64,000 bases of DNA from Nemertoderma westbladi. Taxonomy: Eukaryota; Animalia; Xenacoelomorpha. The stretch lies in assembly GCA_032718475.1 (NCBI GenBank), contig JAUCBJ010007342.1, positions 1 to 64,000 on the forward strand, in the 5' to 3' direction. Shown here one piece after another: positions 12,791 to 24,354 of the stretch (its first letter is position 1; each line of letters starts with the position of its first letter). The position numbers and the translations under genes are program-made. Under the pieces are notes generated by a model that was given only the letters and a program-made list of their open reading frames with translations, did no database searches and was not told the origin of the DNA.

Positions 12791-15700
12791 CAGGTCAGGT
12801 CAGGTCCCCAGATCCTGCTACCACTATGGCAGTAATGTGGTACTACCTGTAGTTGTCAGCCCAGTAGGGCAGGCCCGATAAGCATAGCCTATTCATTATT
12901 TAGTTGATCAAGAGTGGGTTGGTTCAGCCCCGTCAACTAAATAAGTCATTGAGGGCTATAGCGCCTTGGGCACCATTGAAGGCAAAGGCTTGATACGCAT
13001 CTGCATTAGAGATGATACACGCCCCGCCCTGTCTATACTGGATGCTCCCCTACCAGTGTTAGTTAACCTAACCCAGGAGGCACACTTGGTTCAGGGTGTA
13101 ACAAAAGGACCCCTACAGTCGGCAGCAGGGCTGTAGGCCATGGATAGGCGGAAGGTAATCAACCAACGGCTAGACATGCTGACAATGTCGGCGGAAGGTA
13201 ATCAACCAACGGCGATCTACTGCGAAGACGCTTGTAGGAGTTGCGACCACAAGCGATTTACTCCCGCAACTGAAAGATATGAGTATGAGAACCCTCCAGG
13301 AGAAATACCGGCTCGGTCGTCGCCCGGGTCAACAAGGACCGCGTCCCCCAGTGGTACACCAGGCTGGGGTCGATAAATTGGCTACTGGAACAGAAGACCG
13401 AGAAGAAAGAAGAACCAACCTGTTGAAATGTAAAAAGACACTAAAGATTGCTACAATGAACGCACGCACGCTGAAAGCACATACCAAACAGGGTGACATG
13501 GTCGCTCTGGCAATGGAATATAACATCGACATCATCTGCATCCAAGAACATCGGATTTGTCATGAAGACACTGCCATGAAGTACAATGACATTGGAAATG
13601 GATGGACGTTAGTAACAAGCTCAGCAGTAAGAAACTCGGCCAATGCATCAATTGGTGGAGTAGGAATTCTGCTAAGCCCATTTGCACTTAAGACCCTAAA
13701 CAACATCGAATCTATAAATTCCAGGGTTATGATCGCAACATTTGATGGGAATCCCAAGGCAACAGTTATATGTTGCTACAGTCCAACCAATGCCTCAGAG
13801 CCAGAACAAGCAGTCAAGTTTTATGAAGAACTGACTGGACTTATAAAGGACATTCCGAAACACAATGTTAAAGTCATTGCTGGTGACCTGAATGCCCAAA
13901 TTGGCCCAGAAGACATCAAGGGTTACACCTATAACACCAGTTCTAACAGAAATGGGTACTTACTTTTAGACCTAATGGAAGAATGTGAATTGATACCAAC
14001 AAACAACACATTCGAAAAGAGTAAGGGGAAGCTATGGACCTTTCAATACCCTAATGGAACCAAAGCACAACTGGATTACATCCTCATAAACAAAAAGTGG
14101 AGAAACAGCATGATCAACTGCGAGGCATACAGCTCGTTCAACCTAATTGGTTCGGACCACAGAATTGTGACTGCAGAGATCAGACTCAGTTTGAGAGCCA
14201 GCAAACCCAGGACAAGCAAGCAAATCAAATATGACTGGGAAAAACTCAGAACTGACAATGCTGTAAAGGATGCTTATACAGTAGAAGTTCAAAACCGCTT
14301 TGAAGCACTTCAGTCAATGGATGAAGACCAATCCACCAATTCAATATACCAGAATATAATAACAGCCCACAAGGAATCAGCTAAGAGGCATATCCCCCAG
14401 AAACCCAAACGAAAACAATATGTGCCATGGCAAAACTCTGAGGTTACTTGTAAGAGAGAAGATCTTAAGATAGCCTACAAAGTTAAAACCGAACAACCAA
14501 CAACCGAAAACATTAACAAGGTTGAGAAAGCTAAGGACGATCTTAAATTGGCCTACAACATCAGCCAGGAAAAGTACATACAGGATAAAACTGAAGCAAT
14601 TACAACTGCTCACATACAGCAACAATCAAGACTTACCTGGCAAACTGTAAATGAGGTATCTGGTCGGAAAAGTTGTGCAAAGGGGCGCCTCAAAGCCGAT
14701 AGTCCTGAAGAACGTGTTGGGAAGTGGAAAAATCACTTCAGCAACTTGCTTGGGCAGCCACCAAACATCGAGGTCAGCCCTACAAGGAAAATATATGACA
14801 AGACACTACCTATAGAAACAGGGGACTTCACACCTGCCGAACTCCAAAGAAGCATTAAAAGCATGTCCAATAATAAAGCGAGTGGATTAGATGAAATCCC
14901 AGCGGAGGTATGGAAAACCGGAGTGCTAAACAGACCATTATTGAATGTTTGCAACCGGATGTTAAAAGGGGAAAAGCCACCACCAATTTGGACTAAAGGT
15001 CAACTAAAGCCTCTCCCCAAGAAAGGAGACCTCGGCATACCAACAAACTATCGTGGGATCTGTCTGCTTGTGGTAGCTGCCAAAATATACAATAAAATGA
15101 TTCTATATAGGATTAGGCCTCACATAGAGAAACTACTGCGTAAGAGCCAAAACGGATTTCGACCAAGTAGATCAACAATAGCTCAGATACTTGCACTACG
15201 GAGACTGATTGAAGGAATTAAGTCAAAGAATCTCCCCGCTGTCATGACTTTTGTGGACTTCAAGAAGGCATTCGACTCCATCCATAGAGGTAAAATGCTT
15301 GAAATCCTAAGAGCTTATGGAATACCAGAAGTAATTGTTGCTGGCATTGGATTGTTATATTGTGACACAGAAGCGCAGGTACTCTCACCAGATGGTGAAA
15401 CTGAGTTTTTCTCAATCCTGGCTGGCGTACTGCAAGGTGACACATTAGCACCATTACTATTTGTAATTGTGCTGGATTACGCAATGAGGACGGCCACAAA
15501 GGGTGAAGACCTGGGATTCACACTTCAAGAACGCAGAAGTAGTAGATATCCGGCAACTACAGTCACAGACACCGACTTTGCGGATGACATCGCCCTGCTC
15601 TCTAATACCCTAGCAGATGCACAGCTTCTACTAAATAAAGTGGAGAGGGCTGCTAAGGAGGTTGGATTGCATATAAATTCTACAAAGACCGAATTCATGA

Positions 15701-16335
15701 CCTTTAATGTTGATGGAAACTTGACAACCATTGATAATAATCAACTAAGGAAGGTCGATGACTTCCAGTACCTTGGATCATGGATAGAGAGTAGCAAAAA
15801 GGACATAGAAGTTAGGAAAGCAAAGGCTTGGGTAGCTCTATCAAAAATGGATACCATCTGGAAATCAGATCTCTCCAGGCACCTGAAGACTAAGTTCTTT
15901 CGAGCCACAGTGGAAAGTGTATTTTTATATGGGGGTGAGACCGGGACACTGACTAAATCACTTGAACAACGAATTGATGGTTGCTACACAAGACTACTAA
16001 GGGCAGCCCTAAACATCAGCTGGAGACAACACATGACAAACGCCGAGCTTTATGGTACAATACCACCTGTATCAACCACCCTCCGTGAACGCAGATTAAG
16101 ATTCAGTGGGCACTGCTGGCGAAGTAAAGACGAGGTCATACCAGATCTACTTTTCTGGCAACCAACTCATGGAAAGCATAGTCGTGGACGACCGGCCATA
16201 ACATATATAGATCAACTTGAAAGGGATACTGAACTTGGGAGAAACGAAATTGCGACAACTATGGAGAATCGGGAAGCCTGGAAGGATCTCATTTCCACTG
16301 TCCGAGTTCGCTCGACCTAGTAGTAGTAGTAGTAG
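12791..16335 (+). mobile_element. Full-length RTE-clade LINE with about 490-bp 5' UTR and (TAG)n tail
   Basis: Single APE-RT ORF whose stop codon is the first unit of a TAGTAGTAG tail. Imperfect ATATAAATA-type flanks; the 5' boundary is approximate. Confidence 0.9.
13279..16320 (+). CDS. RTE retrotransposon apurinic-like endonuclease plus reverse transcriptase, intact, 1013 aa
   Basis: IATMNART, CIQEHR, GGVGILL, GDLNA, LDYIL, SDH (APE). NYRGICL, FVDFKKAFDS, GVLQGDTLAP, FADD, YLGS, RLRFSGHCWR, GRP (RT and RTE C-terminus). Confidence 0.96.
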   Translation: MSMRTLQEKYRLGRRPGQQGPRPPVVHQAGVDKLATGTEDREERRTNLLKCKKTLKIATMNARTLKAHTKQGDMVALAMEYNIDIICIQEHRICHEDTAMKYNDIGNGWTLVTSSAVRNSANASIGGVGILLSPFALKTLNNIESINSRVMIATFDGNPKATVICCYSPTNASEPEQAVKFYEELTGLIKDIPKHNVKVIAGDLNAQIGPEDIKGYTYNTSSNRNGYLLLDLMEECELIPTNNTFEKSKGKLWTFQYPNGTKAQLDYILINKKWRNSMINCEAYSSFNLIGSDHRIVTAEIRLSLRASKPRTSKQIKYDWEKLRTDNAVKDAYTVEVQNRFEALQSMDEDQSTNSIYQNIITAHKESAKRHIPQKPKRKQYVPWQNSEVTCKREDLKIAYKVKTEQPTTENINKVEKAKDDLKLAYNISQEKYIQDKTEAITTAHIQQQSRLTWQTVNEVSGRKSCAKGRLKADSPEERVGKWKNHFSNLLGQPPNIEVSPTRKIYDKTLPIETGDFTPAELQRSIKSMSNNKASGLDEIPAEVWKTGVLNRPLLNVCNRMLKGEKPPPIWTKGQLKPLPKKGDLGIPTNYRGICLLVVAAKIYNKMILYRIRPHIEKLLRKSQNGFRPSRSTIAQILALRRLIEGIKSKNLPAVMTFVDFKKAFDSIHRGKMLEILRAYGIPEVIVAGIGLLYCDTEAQVLSPDGETEFFSILAGVLQGDTLAPLLFVIVLDYAMRTATKGEDLGFTLQERRSSRYPATTVTDTDFADDIALLSNTLADAQLLLNKVERAAKEVGLHINSTKTEFMTFNVDGNLTTIDNNQLRKVDDFQYLGSWIESSKKDIEVRKAKAWVALSKMDTIWKSDLSRHLKTKFFRATVESVFLYGGETGTLTKSLEQRIDGCYTRLLRAALNISWRQHMTNAELYGTIPPVSTTLRERRLRFSGHCWRSKDEVIPDLLFWQPTHGKHSRGRPAITYIDQLERDTELGRNEIATTMENREAWKDLISTVRVRST

Positions 16336-16727
16336 AATATAAATACAAATAGAGTGGCGCACAACAAATAATGATATAACTCTTATCATTCAATTATATT
16401 AATTATGAATTTTATGCCTTAAAATTATTTGCACCCTTCTACAGTACACGTATTGTAAGAGCAATAGACGCTAAGAATATATAGTAAATTAACGAAAACA
16501 CACCGTTCTAAATACTGTCCCTTGCGTACATCTGGGGACATTAGTTTTTGTATTGTTTTTCTGCAGGCCATACGTTATGTAGTTGCAATGGACATTAAGA
16601 AAATTTTTTATATATTAACGAAAACACACCATTGAAAATACTGTCCTTTACGCACATCTGGGGACATTCGTTTTTGTATAGGTAAGATAGGCCCAAGCCT
16701 ATCTTACCATAAGTTCCCCTTACTTAA

Positions 16728-17049
16728 GTTCCCCCAAGCTTGACACTACTGTAGAACAAAGTCGCCTCCACTTTTCAGGACATTGCTTTCGCCGTGAGGA
16801 CCAGCCAGTGCAAAATCTTGTACTTTGGCAGCCTCATGGAGTGAATAAGGATGGTGGACAGCCCATGACTTTCTTGAGACGCATCTTAAAGGACACTGGC
16901 CTTGAAGATGCGGATGATCTAGCAAATGTCATGGGTGATAGAGAGTTGTGGCGGCGCAAATTTGTCGACAAGCCGGCACGGCATTCTCAATATAATATAT
17001 AATGCAGCTGCAAGGCAGAATGCCGATCGTAGTAGTAGTAGTAGTAGTA
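16728..17049 (+). mobile_element. 5'-truncated RTE 3' end, same family as 8121-8441
   Basis: High similarity to 8146-8440 (WQPHGVNKDGGQPMTFLRRILKDTGL) and a (GTA)n tail. Confidence 0.85.
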
Positions 17050-19240
17050 AGAATCGTGCCCTTTATGTCTTGCACTGCAGGCCAAGATAATGGAGCCTTT
17101 CTTGTTAACAGCGGATCTCAGTTAAATGTGATGATGGGGCGTGCTAGTTTAGCGCTGATTTTATGGTTGATGTTTTTGTCAGAAAGTGCTCTACAGTAGG
17201 CCAATTTTAATGTTTCGATTATAATTTAAAAAGGCGAAATTGCAGAAATTATAATATAATAATAATACTGATATGTTGATGCGCAATCATTAGTATTTCG
17301 TATAAATTTGTTTGAGAATCGAAACATATGGTAAGTATAATTAGTTCAAATAATATTTTTAAACAATGTATTTTATAAAATAAACGTACCGGTATACGTT
17401 CAACATCCATTTACTTATGATATCAATATCATATTAATTAAGATATATTTGTGTGCCAGCTGTCATTGTGGGTTGGTTGGTACCAAACAGGTCGCAGCAT
17501 ACTGGTACCTCATGGGAGAATCGACGCAAATAACAGCGGGATGATACACTCCAAAAGAAAACTGTTGTAACTTGTGCTATTTGACTCTCATTTAAACTGT
17601 CCGGTTAGAAAAAATGCAACTGTCTTTGTCGAGACGAGACATAAATTATCCTCTTCCTAAAACAAAATTAAGGCACTCCCAGCTTGGTTAGTTAAGACTT
17701 GGTTGGAAAGTGTTGGGAGTACAATCTGTGTCTCATTCTAGATATCATTTATCAAACTGGGTTTCACTTCATTCATGAATATAAATAACCTGAAGAAGGC
17801 CTCTATTTATATTTTATAAATGTCACCGTGAAGAAACATCTCTCGTTCCAATAATTAATTATTAAATAACATTATAATAACTTCAGGTTAACACACGTAA
17901 TTATTCTAATTTTAGTAATCAAATTTTAAAGTTTTAAATAAATTAATACATAACAGTGAGCCAGCTTAAATTAATCCGCAATGTCTAACAGAGTTAATTA
18001 CACACAATCAACTCAACTTAAGGGAATTTTACAACAGCAGGAGCCCAAATATACAGAGTTTAACAGGGGCGAGTGGGTCATTAAACTCCTCAGGCTGCGA
18101 GACAGGAGGGGGGGAAACTCGACGCAAAACCCGCCTTGGCGAATTAATATCCCGCCTCAATGTTAAATTCTCAATTTAGGGAAAGGAACAGGTTACATTG
18201 GCACGTTATTTTAACCAAAACAATAAACTAAACACAATAGAACAGGTTACAGTTTTATTTTTGAGTGTAATCATCTGTTATTTGCGTCAAATTTCCCTTG
18301 GAGATGGATGAATTTTTTTGCGTCCAGTTCCCCCCCCCCCCCCCCCCCCCCCCCCCTCTGCAGGTCAATCATCTGCAGGGGTTGCAGTATGAATGCTATA
18401 GTGGGGGTGACGTGACGGGTTACAGGTTTGAGATAATAAAAGTTAGATATGAGAAAAAGTACCTTGTTTGGGAAACGGTATCTAGAATGAGATTGTATGT
18501 TTTTTTTGGTCAAAGAGATGATCTATGAAAGTTGTATATATACATTATGTTATTTTTTTCCATGAAAATTTATATAGAAACTCAAAATTAAACAGAGAAA
18601 ATCGACGCAAATCGACAGCCACTAAACCTGTTCCTTTCCCTAAATTAAATTGATATTTAACATTGTTTATATGCCGCAATTCTCAATAAATATGAAATTG
18701 TTGATAACGTTCATAACACATGATACCTGAGGTGTGTTTGTATTATGTATGTATTATATTGTAAATGGACTGGACATAGTATAAAAAAATCTAAGAAATA
18801 AAATAAAGAAAAATTGTATTGATTAATTATTGTTCAAAATAACAGGACTATAATAACAAAGATGCATTTACACCTACTGACCAACTTAAAACGTAACGCC
18901 TTACAAATCTGGCCACGGCCAAATAATTTATTTAAATAGAGAGCACGAAAAAATAAAATCTCGTATAAGATAATAAAATTCAATAAAGGGTTACAAAATA
19001 TGCAGTTACGTAAATAAATTATATATTATTATATTTGCGGGGTGGGAAAGATATATTATAATATGTCATCGGATTTTCACGTGCAAATACGTCATACAGT
19101 AGATAAAAATAAATACTATTCGCAATTGAGATAAAGATAATTCCCATATATATTCCAAAAGCCTCGGTTTGGAGACTGAGGAACAATATATTTCGTCAAT
19201 GTTATGCAAATGGAATTTTTGGTTTTTTATTCCATCTGAT

Positions 19241-21122
19241 GGGCCCATGTGAAGAATACCAGACTTTCTGCCGTTATATTTCACTTTGCAGTTACCCCCA
19301 TGTGAAGAATACCAGACTTTCTGCCGTTATACGAACAATTTATTATTAATTATGTGGAAAATATAGGCCTACACTTAAATTGCTTAGATGATCGAATGAA
19401 ATTCATTACTTAATAATACCGGTATTTAAATAGATATAAATAATGTAATTAAGATTACTCGTTATTCATCTTACTTCTACATTTATAAGTATTTTACAGT
19501 GCCCGTAGCAAAAGTGTCCTTCGGAACACAAAATGTGGTTTTACTATACTTTTGCTACACTACATTACATTACGGGCCAATGTGAAGAATACCAGACTTT
19601 CTGCCGTTATACGAACAATTTATTATTAATTATGTGGAAAATATAGGCCTACACTTAAATTGCTTAGATGATCGAATGAAATTCATTACTTAATAATACC
19701 GGTATTTAAATAGATATAAATAATGTAATTAAGATTACTCGTTATTCATCTTACTTCTACATTTATAAGTATTTTACAGTGCCCGTAGCAAAAGTGTCCT
19801 TCGGAACACAAAATGTGGTTTTACTATACTTTTGCTACACTACATTACATTACGGGCCAATGTGAAGAATACCAGACTTTCTGACCTTATATTTCACTTT
19901 ACAGTTACCCCCATGTGAAGAATACCAGGTTTTCACCAAAACCACAGGTTACATACAGAATGACTGAATCTAACCAAAACAATAAACGAATTAGCATATG
20001 TACAGGTTATAATATAAGGCAGATAAGCTCTATAATACACTCAATAAAGATAAATTAAAAAAGAATTAAAATCTTCATATATAAAATTCCAGTAAAAGTC
20101 GACGGAAAAGTGAAATGTGGTATTCTTCTTGACATGGGCGATCTGATGCATAATTTAATGAGGATTTCAATTCTTAAAACTTCTGAGTGAGATATTATTT
20201 TGTTCTCGAGTTATCGCTGTCTTTCCATCTACCAGTTTGTTCGTTTAGGAAGACAAAACCCACAAAACATGAAAAATGGCGTTTGAATTTAAATCACCTT
20301 CGCCGATCACTAAAGTTAAAGTATTAATTATTTTAGTGAGGTGGTGTGCAGCCTTAGTGCCAATGCAAAACATTGCTAACCCAACGAGAGACCCCAGATA
20401 GACGGGTTTAAGGGGGAAGGATCAAACTTTAATGGGAATCAGAATTCTATTTTTCGCTATTTCAAATTACTATTTTCACCCAAATTTGATAATTTAGGAT
20501 TTTTTTTAATATCTCTCCAGTATAAAAACTCTCAAGTCATTAAAACAAAATTATTCATTTATTGACAAAAAATAATCAAAATTACAAAAAAAATAAACAA
20601 ATTTAAAAATCTGTTTGAGACTTTTTGTAGATTCGATTCGAAGGTGCTGAGTCCAAAAAGTTGGTTTAAAATTTTTTTGGATAAATAACAAGGCTATTTA
20701 TAGGCCTACTTAGTGAAATATTTAATTCCGTCACTCGCCAATTGAGGGAGGCAATAAATATTTAAATTTCCATTAACGTTGCTCTTTCGTCATCCCCCAC
20801 GGTGGCTGAACGACGCCACGGTGCTATTGACCTACAACAAGGCGCCCTTGTGAAGAATACCAGGATTTCACTTTTCGGTCGATTTTTTATTGGAATTTTA
20901 TATATGAAGATTTTTTATGTTTTTTTAATTTATATTTATTAAGTGTTTTAATGCGCTTTTTTCTGCCTTGTAACCTGTACATATACTAATTCGTTTATTG
21001 TTTTGGTTATATTCAGCCCTTCTGTAACCTGTGTTTTTGGTGAAAACCTGGTATTCTTCACATGGGGGTAACTGCAAAGTGAAATATAACGGCAGTAAGT
21101 CTGGTATTCTTCATATGGGCCC
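19241..21122. mobile_element. MITE with GGGCCC termini (PIF/Harbinger-like) and an internal tandem duplication of about 280 bp
   Basis: GGGCCCATGTGAAGAATACCAGAC at 19241 is inverted at 21099-21122. Arm 19855-20130 is inverted at about 20850-21122. 19301-19580 is duplicated at 19581-19860. No clean TSD. Confidence 0.7.
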
Positions 21123-21496
21123 AACAAGACGTTAGAGCTCCTTTAAAAACAATCCTCTGAGGTGGAGGGGGCGCCTCCACCCCCCCCCCCCCCCCCCCCA
21201 CCCTTAACAGATATGATTTCCAAATTTTCTCGAATTTAGTTTTTGTATAACAATTATTTACTTCAAGACTTTTAATCTTGTACTTTATAGGATTACAGTA
21301 GGAGGCGTTTCTATAGAAACGAAAACTGTAACATTAGTAAGAGGTATAGATAACGACTTGGAGTGTCTATATTGATTCGAAAATGCAAATATTTATTAAA
21401 ATACACGTCTTGTAAATATTAAAATTAAATTTCAATACTTTGTAGTAATTCTAGTTGATTATAGCGATAGTATATGGACAACTGGAGTCGCTTATC

Positions 21497-21640
21497 CCTT
21501 TTGACATACCGGCACTGACCCCTTTTGACATACCGGTACTGACCCCTTTTGACATACCGGTACTGACCCCTTTTGACATACCGGTACTGACCCCTTTTGA
21601 CATACCGGTACTGACCCCTTTTGACATACCGGTACTGACA
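21497..21640. repeat. 24-bp minisatellite (CCCTTTTGACATACCGGTACTGAC), 6 copies
   Basis: Directly visible tandem units. Confidence 0.95.
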
Positions 21641-22087
21641 TCTATGATTAGCTGCGGTATGTGAGGTAGGCATAGGAAAAATGAAAATAATTTTGCTTGG
21701 CCTCCACCTACAGATGTACCGGTAAGGAAGGGGCCTAACTCATATGCTGGAGGTCCTATTCCTATGGACGCTATTGGTATCCCACTAGCAGTAAAAACAA
21801 TTCTCAGCCGCAGTTTTTACCACTTTTACTTTACCTTTCTACTGTACATAGTGATAGTTACATAAGAGTATTCCAAAGAGGAGACAATATATTAATAATA
21901 ATTATAATAACGGAGGTTTAATTAATTGTATGCATTGCCAGATTAAAATTTAAATTTAACACCCCCATTTTATCAATGAATAGAATACTAACGTACTCTA
22001 TGAATGCAAATGTACTGCACCTTAGCTAATAAGTCTAACAGACCTGCTTAGCTTATTTTATCTAATATAAAAATACTAAGTACTGTT

Positions 22088-22159
22088 CTAAGGGTACCTA
22101 AGCCGGCACAGCATTCTTAAAAATGCAGCTGCAATGCAGCATGCCGATCCTAGTAGTAG
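22088..22159 (+). mobile_element. Extremely 5'-truncated RTE insertion (3' UTR plus TAG tail)
   Basis: Matches 8386-8440. TSD TAAGTACTGTT at 22077-22087 and 22160-22170. Confidence 0.85.
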
Positions 22160-22502
22160 TAAGTACTGTTAATAACAATCATAAAATATTATTATATTAT
22201 TATATTAATATCTATTAATAACTCTATTATATCAATAAAATGTATATAGGCCTTTGCACTTGCTGTTGTGTATATCGAGTGGGTTGAGGTAGCTACGAAA
22301 GACAAACAAATCTCGAGTTAACCTATAATCGGCTGCACAACTCACTCAGTAGCAGCGGAAACAAAGAAAAGGAAACACACATAGCCACAAAGCATCATGA
22401 TACTCACTGATTTATATTAATCTATCCACCTGTGATGCCAAATGCCAAAAATGTTAAATGTTTAAAAACAAAAAAAATAGGGGGAACTATTCAAAAAATA
22501 AT

Positions 22503-23480
22503 CTAAATACCGTCCTTGTACCTGTGGTAAAGGTTGGGATTCAAAGTCCTGCGGGTCATTTCGTAGGCGTAAAAAAGCGCTGCGTTCGCAGGAAAACTGC
22601 GCACAACTGTCGGCGCCAAACCGCTGTAGAGTTTAGGAATACCTCCACTCCTGTAAATATCCTTAGCAGTGCTAATAATCCCGGAGGAAACCCCAGTCTG
22701 AACCTGCAGACGCGACTTAACCACGTCCATGGGGAACACCGAAGTCCAGAACGAAACGCCGGCGATCACACCGCACAGCATGAGTCGGAAGGGTCCGATA
22801 GTCTCCTTAGATTCGCCTTCTTTAGCGAGGAGATTGCGACTGAGTTCGTAGCCGCCGAAGAAGAAAAAATAGCCGGGGACTTCGCGGACCACGGTGCTCG
22901 CGAAACCTCGGTAGAACCCCGCCAAACCGTCCTGTCTGTAAACCGAGGCGACCAGTTGTAAGGGGCCTTCGATACGGGTAGATATTCCCGAGTGTTTCGC
23001 GGCTTCTCGCATCGCCTGTAGCCGGCATTTAATCAACTCTGTAGGGCAAAGCACAGTCGAAGCGAATAGCGCCGCTCCGCTGCCCGCCAACGCGTTATGG
23101 AATGCGTTCAACCGCTCCGGCCTGTCGATACCGCAAGCGTAGGAAACGGTTTTCTGGCACAAACCGTAGCTCATAAAGAGCACCGAATTTTCGGCGATGT
23201 TAGCGGCGAGGGCTGGCACCGACCCAGCGTATAGACCGCGAATTCCCTCGAATTTAAATGTGTTTAAGAAACAGTTTGTAGCTCCGCGGTACTGCTCCGG
23301 GAAGGTCTGGAGTTTCACTTTCACAGTGTCCAGCGGTTGTCCGGCGGCCACGCACGCTGTCCCACCCATGGCCCCGGCGATAAAGTCCACGAATGTGTCC
23401 CACGCGTGGCTCGATGTGCTGTGGACATGTTTCTGTTGTAGGTGTTCCACCTGGTGTTGGATCAATGAAGGTTCCCCCAT
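22503..23480 (-). CDS. SLC25A15: Mitochondrial carrier, ornithine transporter ORNT1-like, single coding exon, 325 aa
   Basis: Three Px[DE]xx[KR] carrier motifs (PLDTVK, PTELIK, PMDVVK). ORNT-typical GGTACV..GQPLDTVKVKLQTFP, ANIAENSVLF, REVPGYFFFFGGYE and RSFPANAALF. Confidence 0.9.
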   Translation of the reverse strand: MGEPSLIQHQVEHLQQKHVHSTSSHAWDTFVDFIAGAMGGTACVAAGQPLDTVKVKLQTFPEQYRGATNCFLNTFKFEGIRGLYAGSVPALAANIAENSVLFMSYGLCQKTVSYACGIDRPERLNAFHNALAGSGAALFASTVLCPTELIKCRLQAMREAAKHSGISTRIEGPLQLVASVYRQDGLAGFYRGFASTVVREVPGYFFFFGGYELSRNLLAKEGESKETIGPFRLMLCGVIAGVSFWTSVFPMDVVKSRLQVQTGVSSGIISTAKDIYRSGGIPKLYSGLAPTVVRSFPANAALFYAYEMTRRTLNPNLYHRYKDGI

Positions 23481-24354
23481 GGTAGCATCGATGACTGGAC
23501 TGGATAAATTAGGCCTACAGAATTAAATATTTGTAAATTTTTAACGAACCATAGGCAGATAGGCCAGGGGTGTAGGCCTACACCAAGGACTACTAGGCCC
23601 TATACTATATTACCTATACTATATACCTCTACTATATTACCGTACAGGACTGGAACACCCCTTCATCCGACTTCGCTAGCGAAGTCCATTGGTTTGGTAT
23701 TGCTTTACAGCTTTAGGCCCTATCACCTATAAACAGATAAAGCTATACTGCTGTACTGTTATAGACATTAATGTTATCAAAGGATTTTCATGAAATTTAG
23801 TACACTCAATCGTAATTATTAATAACATAGGCCTAATATATCAGTATATTTTGGTGTCAAGAAATAAAGGACGAACGCAGCGAGGCTTGTAACAAAGGGG
23901 ACGAGTGTTGTGTACTGTGTACTAACTATTCAATATAGTCTAGCTAGAGCGACCGTGTTTAGTACATTGTGCGATATAAAAACGATGTGAAAAGTATCCC
24001 TATTGGTCTGTTGGTAGGGGAATGTTGTGACACAGATGATAATGTATTCAACTAGCGGTATCAGGCAGTCGCAGTATGCCATTCCTGTAGTATAGTAGTC
24101 CTTGGCCAACATTAATAAGGGCCTGGCTGCCTGGTGGTGGTACGGTACCTGGACAAGTCCCTAAAAAAGCACCCTGCTCCATAGCGCGGGAATTTCAAAT
24201 GATTGAAAGACATGTAATTTATACTGGAAAGGGTGGCAGATCAGATCTGCCACCTATATTTTGGCGGTAAATTCAAATCTGTTTTAACATTGAATACATG
24301 AATAGAGTAAGACCAAGGACTACTATAGGCCTACTACAGGACTGGCATACTGCC

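Noticed and set aside
18329-21199. Long C homopolymers (about 18329-18356 and 21180-21199) and the poly-Pro/Gly ORFs over them
   Set aside because: Simple sequence; the ORFs are short and unsupported.
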